From the human T2T-CHM13v2.0 reference genome, Homo sapiens, in NCBI RefSeq assembly GCF_009914755.1, contig NC_060927.1: a stretch of DNA of 64,000 nucleotides; one strand, 5' to 3'. The translations under genes and the position numbers were made by a program. This document shows, in pieces, positions 54,451 to 64,000 of the stretch. The notes below the pieces were generated by a model. That model saw only the letters and a list, made by a program, of their open reading frames with translations, was not told where the DNA came from and did not search any database. The stretch's first letter is position 1; each line of letters begins with the position of its first letter.

Positions 54451-57400
54451 TAAATTGTATTTTATGCGTTATAAGTATGGTTACTCTTTCTCTCTTTTGG
54501 TTTTTATTTGTTTTCTCTCTTTTGGTTTTCGTTTGCATGGAATACCTTTTTCCATTCTTTCACTTTCAAGGGTGTCCTTAAAGGTGAAGTAAGTCACTTG
54601 TGTATAGTTGGCTCTCCTATTATCCATTCAGCTAGTCTATGTCTTTTGATTGGAGAATTTAATTCATTTACATTCACAATATTTACTGATAGGTAAGAAT
54701 TGACTACTGCCATTTTGTTAATTGTTTTTGTTTTGTTTTGTTGATCCTTTGTTTCTTTCTTACTCTCTTGCTGGAATTCTTTGTGACTAGATAATTGTCT
54801 CCAGTGGTATGCTTTGATTCCTTACTTTTTAGGCTTTTGTATATTTACTATAGATTTTTGCCTTGCAGTAACCATGAGGCTTAATAAAATATCTTATAAT
54901 AATAACAGGCTATTTAAGTTTATAGAAATATTACTTTGATCACATAAAAAGATCCAATTTTAGTTCATCTCCTCATTTTTTTGATATCACAATTTTAATC
55001 ACTTTATATTGTATATCCCTTAATAGATTATTGTAGATTTTAATATTTTTAATGTTTTTGTCTTTTAACCTTTATACTAAACAACATACAACATTACAGT
55101 ATGAAGGTATTCTTAATTTGACTGTATATGTACTTTTATCAGTGAGTTTTATACTTTCATATGCTTTTGTGTTACTAATTTTTTTCCAACTGGAAGGACT
55201 CCCTTTAGCATTTCTTATAAGACAGATTGAGTGGCAACCAAGTCCCTCAGGTTTTATTTGTGAAAGTATCTCTCCTTTATTTCTGAAAGACAGCTTTTCT
55301 GCATATTCTTAGTTGGCAGTTTTTTTCCCTTCAGCATTTTGGATATGTAATCTCATTCTTTTCTGTTCTGTATGGTTTCTGCTGAGACATCTACTGCTGG
55401 CCTTAATAGAACTCCTTTACATGTGATTTGCTTCTTTTGCTGCTTTCCAGATTCTCTCATTGCCTTTGATATTTGACAATTTAGTTATAATATGTCTTTG
55501 TGTAGTCTTGTTTGGGTTGAATCTGATTGGAGACTTCTTACTTTTCTGTGACTGAATATTTATATTTTCCCCCAGATTTGGAAAGTTGTTTGCTATCATT
55601 TCTTTAAGTAAGCTTTCTTCTCCTTTGTCTCTCTCTTAACCTTCTTTACCTTCTATAGTTTGAATTTTGCTCTTTTGATGCTGTTCCATAAATCCTGTCA
55701 GCTTTCTTCATTTCTTCTTATTTTTTTCTTTCTTTTCCTCTAACTGTATATTTTCAAATAGCCAGTCTTTAAGTTCACAGATTCTTTCTTCTGCGTGATA
55801 AATTCTGCTATTGACAGTCTCTATTACATTTTTCATTTCACTATATTTTTCAGCTTCAGATTTTATGTTTCTTAATAATGTATATAATTTCAACCATTCT
55901 GATAAATTTCTTGTTTTGGACATTTACTTACTTTCTTGATTTTGTTGAATTATTTCTGTATTTTTTGAAGTTTACTAAGCTTTCTTAAAACAATTATTTT
56001 TAAATTCTTTTTGGCAGTTTGTATATCCTCATTTACTTGGAATTAACTACTGGGAAATTACTATGTTCTTTTGGTGATGTTTTGTCTCTTTGGTTTTTCA
56101 TGTGTCTGGTTGCCTTTTACATTGATGTCTGCATGTTTGATGTATTCCAGTCACCTATTCCAAAGTTTATGGACTTGTTTCTCTGTAAAAAGTCCTTTCC
56201 CAAATGAGGGAGGCTGTGAGGGCACTTTCTGGGTGAGGTGCAAAGGTACTGGCACTAGTGACAGCACTGCTGTGTAGTCTTTGTGCAGCTCTATCATCTG
56301 AGGTTTGTGTTGACAAACATTGCAGGAATCCTTAGCAGCAAGACTGGATGTTTGCAGTGGTAATGAAGATTGTTGAGGTCTTTGGCGGCAATGGATGCTA
56401 AGGTGTTTCTCTCTTTCTCCTACTGAGGAAATTTTGGCTGAGGGGATTCCTCTTGGCCCTGGGACTGGCTTGCAGACACAGCCATGGTGGCAGTGGAATT
56501 GGTATCTGATGAGTGACCATGAAACGAAGGCATGAAGCATGGACACATGTGTGGGCACTTTGGTTCTGGGATCTGCAAAGTAATTGCTCTAGTCCCTGAG
56601 ATGCAGGCACATTTACCACCATGTTGCTAATAGTTTGTGAGGCATGGGTGCCTGTGAAACAGCCACGGAGCTAAAGGGCACACAGGCTTGTGCAAGTTGA
56701 GTGTCTCTGAAGTCAGTGTGGGGCCTGGATGTATATGGCATGTGCCATGAAAACTTGGCTTCAGAGCTCAGAGTGCGAACTAGCTCGTCATGGCTATGGT
56801 TCCAGTGTTTGAGACACAGGCAGACCCAATGCACCAATGGAGTTTGGGTCTAGAGTGTTGGGACACTTAGGGCAGCTGTGATTGTGAGAGATGGCGGCTC
56901 CTTTCCTGAAGCAGCTCAATAGTGGTTGCTTCTTTGGTAGAAGATGGGTGTGTAGCCATGTCTCCTTCCCTGAGGTTCCCTGGTAGAAATTGTAACCTCA
57001 GTGGCAAAAGATGCCAGTGTCCTCTGTGGAGCAGGCCTCTGGAAACTACAGTGGTTCCTGTCACAAGATGGATATCAACAGCCTGTGACTTTCTTATTTG
57101 TCCCTAGTCATCTACTGGCATCTCAGGTATGTCAGTCTCACCAATGATCCTTTCTATGTGGATATAGTGTCTTTTTGCTCTCCTATATTGCTGCAGATTC
57201 TTTAATAGGCCTTTGAGCCCTCATTGGCCTATTTTGGTTTGTGGATAGCTGTGTATATATTTTTATGGAGGGATAAAGGCTGGTATCCCCTACTCTTCCA
57301 TCTTGGTGGCCTCATCTCCAGAAACTGTTTTCTTAAGCATGAAAGAATAAATAAATCAAATAATATTCTAAGGAGTAATTCAAGAAATGTCACAAAGCAG

Positions 57401-57840
57401 TGCAAAAATAATTGCTAATGCAAATAGTTTGGTTATTTAAAGAATATGTATGTGTGAATGTTATAAATGGCTTTTGTTGGCTCGTGTTGAGTCAGTACAG
57501 TGATGCCATGACAAGCAAGGCATAGTCTAAATGTCTAAAAGAAAAACCAAACCAAAACAACAAATACACTTTTAATGCAGAAAAATCTTTCAGTTAGATG
57601 GATTAAAAAAAAAAAAAAACCTGTCAAATGACCCAAACACACCTTATGGCAATAGCATAAAGCTGTTCTACTTGCCAGCTGCTAAAGTTCTTTTCAATTT
57701 TTTTTATGTGAGAGGTCAGGGTCAGCAGAACTGCTAGAAAATAATGTCATAATGAATACACTTAAAGTTTTCTCTTAAGTCACACAAGATGTTTAATCAG
57801 ATATAAAGATGTTTTTCTCTTTCTCTTCCTGTGGTTTAAA

Positions 57841-57968
57841 GAAGGCCACAGGAAAGCAGGAGGGAGCCCAGTCAGCTAAGTGGGAGAGATGCCTCCAAAC
57901 TGCTATCTCTGGCCAACAGCTTGAGCCATTTGGGAGTGTTGCTCTACTTCTGATGCCCAGGTAGCAAC
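57841..57968 (-). mobile_element. MER54-like LTR fragment (inverted relative to the copy at 59.9 kb)
   Basis: Its reverse complement aligns by eye over ~125 bp with 59896-60014. Confidence 0.75.
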
Positions 57969-58061
57969 ATTTACTGCATCATTCTCATTACAACATGACA
58001 CAAAAAGGATAAATTATAAAAGAAAAAAGATCTATAATTTTTAATTCATTAAAATAAAATT

Positions 58062-58118
58062 TTATATATGTGTATATAAAAGACTATATATATATATATA
58101 TATACATACATATATATG
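58062..58118. repeat. (TA)n simple repeat
   Basis: tatatatatatatatatatacatacatatatatg core at 58085-58118. Confidence 0.9.
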
Positions 58119-58852
58119 TGTCTTCAAGTTTGTTAGATCCTGTTCATTATCTACCCTTTACTTTGTTTCTCCTGATTTTTATTTATTGTACTTAATAACA
58201 AAATTTTATTACCTTTCCAGGTATTCTTTGTAATATTATGGGCACTTTATATTTATGAGCTATCCTGTTCATTGCCCTTTTTTCCTCTCTTTTCTCTGAC
58301 ACAAACTTTTCATCTTGTCCATGATTGCACACCCTCACATTTCTTCTCTCTCCCTGATTTCTAGTATCATCTTACTTTCTCTCAAACTTACCTATATTCA
58401 ATAATTTGTCATTTTTGAGACAAAATGTAATGCCTAGATTGTAAAATATAATGTCCGGTTTCTTGAGTTTTGATAAGTTTATAAACTTGTGCAACTCCAA
58501 CTCCAACTGAAATAGAGATCATTGTGCTCCCCAAAACTTCCTTTGGGTCACTTCCTAGCCAGTTTACTACAATCAAGTGAGTAACCACTATTCTAATACA
58601 TAAATTAGTTATGCCTGTTCTTAGCTTTCATATAAATAGAATCAAATAGTATGTACTCTCTTGTGTTTGGATTCTTTCACTAAATACAATATTTTTAAGA
58701 TTTAATTTTGGGGGAATTGTCAGTAGTTCATTCATATTCATTTCTGAGTAGTATTCCATTTGGTGACTATGTCACAATTTATTCATTGACCTCTTGATGG
58801 ACATTTGGTTGGTTCTAGTTTTAGCAATTATGATTAAAACTGTTATCAATAT

Positions 58853-59265
58853 TTTCATGTGTGTCTGTGTGAAGAGACCACCAAACAGGCTTTGTGTGAG
58901 CAACATGGCTGTTTATTTCACCTGGGTGCAGGTGGGCTGAGTCTGAAAAGAGAGTCAGCGAAGGGAGATAAGGGTGGGGCCATTTTATAAGATTTGGGTA
59001 GATAAAGGAAAATTACAGTCAAAGGGGGGTTGTTCTCTGGCAGGGAGAGTGGGGGTCACAAGGTGCTCAGTAGGGGAGCTTTTGAGCCAGGATGAACCAG
59101 GAGAAGGAATTTCACAAGACAATGTCATCAGTGAAGGCAGGAACAGGCCATTATCACTTCTTTTGTGGTGGAATGTCATCAGTTAAGGCAGGAACCGGCC
59201 ATCTGGATGTGTACCTGCAGGTCACAGGGGATATGATGGCTTAGCTTGGGCTCAGAGGCCTGACA
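58853..59265 (-). mobile_element. HERV-H solo LTR (LTR7), 413 bp, with 5-bp TSD
   Basis: The minus strand reads TGTCAGGCCTCTGAGCCCAAGC...CTCTTCACACAGACACACATGAAA. TSD AATAT at 58848-58852 and 59266-59270. Two copies of the internal U3 repeat. Confidence 0.97.
58983..58989 (-). promoter_or_regulatory. LTR7 TATA box (TATAAAA)
   Basis: ttttata on the plus strand at the canonical LTR7 U3 position (aaatcttataaaatggcccc on minus). LTR poly-A signal AATAAA on minus at 58912-58917. Activity is not shown by sequence. Confidence 0.7.
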
Positions 59266-59877
59266 AATATTATTGTATAAGTTTTGTGTAAATATTTATA
59301 TTTACTTTTTGGGCTAAATATCTAGTTGTAGAATTGCTGTATCATAGGGTATATTTGTATTTAATACCATGAGAAAATTCCAATCAGTTCTCTAAAGCAG
59401 TTATACCACTTTGCGTTCATACCATTAAAGAATGAGAGATCCAGTTTCTCTACAAATTTGCCAACTTAAATATTCCCATTCTTTTTTTTTTTTGAATCTT
59501 AGCAATCCTACTGGGTGTAAAGCGATGTTTTATTGTGATCATAATCTGTTTTTTCCTGGATATTCATGTTGTAAAGCACCATTTTTGTGTGTTTATTGGC
59601 TATTCTAGCACACGATTTCTTTTGTGAAATAACTGTTAAAGTTCTTTGCATATTTTTTGTCAGTTGAATATCTTTTTACTATTGACTTGCAATTTTTAAT
59701 ATTTTTCTAAATATAAATTATCTTTCTGATATATGTTTTGCAAATATTTTTCCTCATTTGCAGATCGACTACATTCTTAATGTTACTTTTGTTCAAAAAA
59801 TTTTTTGAATGAATTAAAAATTGCGAATCTTTTTTCTTTTATAATTAAAAAATATAAATATATATATATAATATATA

Positions 59878-60602
59878 TTTATAAATAAATTAAAGGTTGC
59901 TGCCCAGGCATTAGAAGTAGAGCAGCACTCCTGAATGGCTCAAGCTGGTGGCCAGAGGTATAGGAGCATCTCTCCCACTTAGCAGACTGGGTCCCCTGCT
60001 TTCCTGTGGCTTTCCGTAAACAGACCATTCACGCATTTGCCTGTGAACTTAAAATAACCCACATCCCACATGCTATTTCCTTATACATATTGCTAGTTTC
60101 CTCTCTCTCTCTGCCTGATTCTTTATTCCTGCATCACATGACCCAAGGATGGAGGACTGCCCTCTTAACGCATTGCAACATCCCTGCCCAGGATCTGAAA
60201 GTAAAAGTATTTTAACTTGTTTTCTATTACGATGGTGTATTGAATTTGTGCCTTCCATATTTCGAACCAGGGGCTACCTCAGGCCAAACTTGCTTCAGAA
60301 CATGGGGGTGAGATGGGGGTTCACAAAGTTATGCTCCTAGTGCCAGAGTGATGGTCAGGCAGATCTGAACAGAACACAGGGCAGATGAGAGCCAGAAGGG
60401 TGTCTGCCATTGTAAACAAGTTTCCTGTGTGGAGAACCCCTTGGTCATTGGTTGGACAAGTAGGCATTAGACCGCCTGCCAGGTAAAAAAAAGTAAGGAA
60501 CACTGTAAACACCCATGACCAACTCCCCTTCATTTCCTACTAGGGTAGGGTTGCTAGCTGCTCTGGTACTGGAACCCAATTTAGCTGGGGAGTCTCAAAA
60601 CA
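59878..60602 (+). mobile_element. ERVL LTR, MER54-like
   Basis: Ends gggttgctagctgctctggtactggaacccaatttagctggggagtctcaaaaca. Interrupts the L1ME element. The 5' boundary is blurred by a TA-rich tract. Confidence 0.8.
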
Positions 60603-61529
60603 TCTATTTAAGAAATCTTTGCATATCCCAAAGTCATGAGGATATTCTCCTATAATTTCTAGTAGATGCTTTATTATTCCAGTTTTTACATTAGGTATGT
60701 GATCCAGCTCAAAATAATTTTTGTTTGTAGAGTGAGGTAGAAGTTAATGTTCATTTTGTTTTTCATAGAAATAGTTGATGGCTTAAGCCCTATTTGTTAA
60801 AGCAAAACGAAAACAAAACCCTCTTTCCCAATTGAATTAACTTTATACTTTGGAAAAGTTCAACTTGCCATATAAGTATGTAGATTTTCTATATATTTCC
60901 TGGACTCCTTATTCTATTAAAAATGGCATTTTAAAAAGGTATTTCTCAAAAATTTACTCATAGTTTACAAAAATAAAATTTACTTTTGCCTATTGACCTT
61001 ATATCCAGCAACATAGCTAATTTTGCTCACTAATTCTACTTAGACCTATTTGTTCTTTAGAATTCCATTGGGTTTTCTATATATAGACACTTCTGTACAA
61101 AAACAATATTCTTACTTCTAACTTTCTAATAATTGCATTACTTATTTCTTTTACTTGTTTTACTTCAATTACTAGGGTTTCTAAATCAATTTTGAATAGA
61201 AACTGTACACATGAACATTCTTCTTTTCTCAGAATTTTAAAAGGAAACAACCTTTCAGCATTAAATTTGTTAGCTAGATATTTTTTGTAGCTGCCCTTAC
61301 CAGCTTGAGGAATTTCCCTTCCATTTCTAGTTTTTGAGTGTTTTTCTCATGAATGCAAACTGAATTTTGTCAAATGCTTTTTTGGTGTTTGAGATCCTGT
61401 GATTTTTCTCCAGCCTACTGTTAATGAGATGAATTACACTGATCAAGTTTTGATGGTTAAGTCATTCTTTCATTTTGGGATAAAGCCTGCTTTGTCATGT
61501 AGTATTATTACTCTTTTGAACATAGTGGG

Positions 61530-62670
61530 TCTTCTCCTAGGCACTTTGAAAATACTCTACTAGTTTTCAGAACTTACAATGTGCCTTGGTATAATTTTTT
61601 TCATGTTTCTTGTGTTTGGAGTTTGTTAATGCTTTTGGATTTGGGGGTTTATAGTTCCATCAAATATGAAAAATTTTCTACCTTTATATCTTCAAAGTTT
61701 TTTTTGTCCTGTACTTTGGTGACTTTAATTACAATATATTAAGCCATTTGAAGTTGTACTATAGCTCACAGATACTCTGTTCCTTTGTTTTTTTCAGTCT
61801 TTTTTCTCTCCATGTTTTATTTTGGGTATTTTCTATTGTTGTGTCTTCAAGTTCATTAATGTTTTAATCTTTTGTATCTAATCTGTCTTTAATCCCATTC
61901 AGTACCGTTTTCATCTCAGACATTACATTTTTTCATCTATAAGAGTTTATTAAATATTTATAAATATACATTTCACATCTCTATCTAAACTGCTCCATCT
62001 TCTCTACTTTCTTGAAAATAAGAAATATACAGTCATCCTTTGTTATCTGCAGAAGATTGGTTCCAGGACCCCCATGGGTACTAAAATCATGAATGCTAGA
62101 GTGCCTTACATAAAACGGCATCATATTTGCATAAAACCTATGCACATTCTCCCTGTACTTTAAATTATTTCTAGATAACTTATAACACTTAATACAATGT
62201 AAATGCTATGCAAATGATTGTTATACTGTATTTTAAAATTGTCTGCTATTTTTATTGTTATATTTTATTATTTTTTTTTGAAATATTTTTTCATCTGATA
62301 TTGGTTAATTCCATGGATACCGAACTGGTGGCCTCCTGGACTGTATTAGCTCCAAAGATTGTTCCACCTACACTTTTCTATTATTTTTCTCCCCAGGCCT
62401 TAGGTAGTTTTCTTACAACGCATTCACTGATGTCTCAGCTAAAGACTCTAGGGGAACTCTCTAGATATCCAGAGCTCTTTCTATACAGCTGTCTTCTCTA
62501 GCTGCTTGGCCTTCTTGGATTCCATTACCGTTTTCTCAGTACAGGAAGATATTCTACATTCTCACTGCAACCTGGAAACTGGGAAATTTCAGGTCTCATT
62601 TTGTTTGTTTTCCCTCTTTCAGGGATCACTGTTCTGATGGCCAATGACTGAAATCCCTATTTTATGTATT
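61530..62670 (-). mobile_element. L1MC/MD 5'-region fragments, split by MER2
   Basis: acaatgtgccttggt...gcttttggatttgggggtttatagtt...gtgtcttcaagttcattaat...ttccctctttcagggatcactg. Confidence 0.7.
62030..62343 (+). mobile_element. MER2 (TcMar-Tigger MITE)
   Basis: CAGTCATCCTT...gattggttccaggacccc...taatacaatgtaaatgctatg...GACTG. TA TSD at 62028-62029 and 62344-62345. Confidence 0.92.
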
Positions 62671-63119
62671 TGAGCTCAAGCCAAAGTCATTAGACAAGGG
62701 AACCAGTTATTAAAGACATTTGAGGTTGATCTTCTGGGATATAAAGCAGCATGATAAAAGGCAGAGAGAGGACTTGAAGGGGCGAATAGAAAATATCCAG
62801 CATACTTGACCAAAGAGGTTCTCATCTTAGCTACTTCAGAATTTATTCTTGTAAATAAACTGGACTAAGTCCTTTGGCCTCATTTCCTATTCTAAGCATC
62901 TATAGACTTTGCAGCATATGATAAGCTAAACATCCTCAATTTCAAAGTTGCGAAAATACATAGTGTCAGAGCAATTTTGCTTATTTGTTTATCCATGTTA
63001 TTTAAAATAGAAGGCAAATTTTACAAATCCAAAAGTTAAGAGTTCAGTCTCCTGATTTTATTAATAATGATTCTTCAATATGTACAATGAAGTTCAATAC
63101 ATGTATCCAATATATCTGA

Positions 63120-63368
63120 ATAACAATAATATCTATAATTTATTGAGAAATGTCTGTATAAAATGTACATAATACATCATTTACAGATACTTTTCTTGTT
63201 TAATCCTCAGAGTACCATTATAAAATAGTTATTGTCATTTTAATGCCGATTTACATATTAGAAAACAAAATTAAACTGATTCTGTACGTTCACGAAGATC
63301 ATCTAACAGGTAAATAGCCGTGCTTGGATTTAAGCATTGAGCTTTCTGCCTCTATAGCTCACTCTCTT
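63120..63368 (-). mobile_element. MIR SINE
   Basis: atttattgag...tttaatcctca...gatttacatattagaaaac...aagatcatctaacaggtaaatagcc...ggatttaa...tctgcctctatagctcactctctt. Confidence 0.75.
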
Positions 63369-63970
63369 GTTGCCTCTTTTTGCTTTGGTAAAAAATCAAA
63401 AAACAGCAACACAAGTTCAAAGACAATTGTTATTGTTGGGATCCAGAAAAAAAAATTATTCACATTTTCAATTTCAATATGAAGGTTAACTCAAGTGTCA
63501 CTTTGGGCAACTTGCCCAGACTCCACTGCTTCTCCTCCATAACTGGTTCTTTCCCTCATTTGGCACCTCTCTCATATTGAACGGTGAGTCCACTTTCAAC
63601 ATTTCTCTGATAGTGAAAGAGAGAGAAAAAGAGATAGTATGGAGCTTTAAGCCTTTTATTTAGTTAAGCTACTGAAATATTTTCATGCGTAAAGGCTGCA
63701 AAACTGTACTCAAAAAGGGTTGCTTGACATTTCAAAATGGTACCATCTCTGTCAAGTTAAGAAGAGCATGCTATTTACAAATCTTCCTTAACACAAATGC
63801 ATATGATGTTTCAAGGATTCTTTTCATCTTAAAACTGAAGTGCTTATACCTGTTTTCTCATCTAACACTGCATTAGAAATGACAAAAAATAGTGTGAATC
63901 CAGGTCTGACTGCCAACGCATTGTTACGTACAGATGGTTAGAAGTCAGCTTTGTCCATATTAGCATTAGA

Positions 63971-63990
63971 TGACCTTACTGACCTATTTA
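63971..63990 (-). promoter_or_regulatory. Candidate nuclear-receptor element: perfect DR3 overlapping a RORE consensus
   Basis: Plus strand TGACCT-TAC-TGACCT-ATTTA equals minus strand TAAAT-AGGTCA-GTA-AGGTCA. Motif match only. Confidence 0.35.
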
Positions 63991-64000
63991 CTGGTGTACA

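Larger units (their letters stand above)
58410..61520 (-). mobile_element. L1ME-type 3' end and ORF2, interrupted by LTR7 and MER54
   Basis: gagttttgataag...gtaaccactattcta...gagtagtattccatt...gatggacatttgg. Resumes at 59271 (gtagaattgctgtatcataggg) and 60603 (aagaaatctttgc...gatattctcctat). Confidence 0.85.

Noticed and set aside
59120-59202. Direct repeat AATGTCATCAGT(G/T)AAGGCAGGAAC(A/C)GGCCAT
   Set aside because: A normal internal U3 repeat of LTR7.

Overview
AT-rich primate genomic DNA, most likely human, judged from its AluJ/S/Y, L1PA/L1PB and HERV-H LTR7 elements. I find no intact protein-coding gene, RNA gene, CRISPR array or operon-like system. The ORF-track entries are frameshifted LINE-1 ORF1/ORF2 remnants, Alu- or LTR-derived frames, or chance frames. 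Much of the window is interspersed repeat: a near full-length L1PB (1-6100, minus), nested old L1M/L1MA/L1MB/L1ME/L1PA pieces, about 11 Alu/FLAM elements, MIR, L2, L3/CR1, MaLR/ERVL LTRs, a solo LTR7, and DNA transposons (MER81, MER45, MER5, Charlie1, Tigger2a, MER2). Most retroelements lie on the minus strand, which suggests but does not prove an intron of a plus-strand gene. I see no new biological system. The most unusual signal is a pair of sites about 1.4 kb apart (23.2 kb and 24.7 kb) where each carries a short insertion copied from the other's pre-insertion sequence, a candidate reciprocal template-switch repair scar. Subfamily names come from my recall of consensus sequences, not from an alignment. 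Boundaries without a target-site duplication (TSD) or terminal repeat are approximate.
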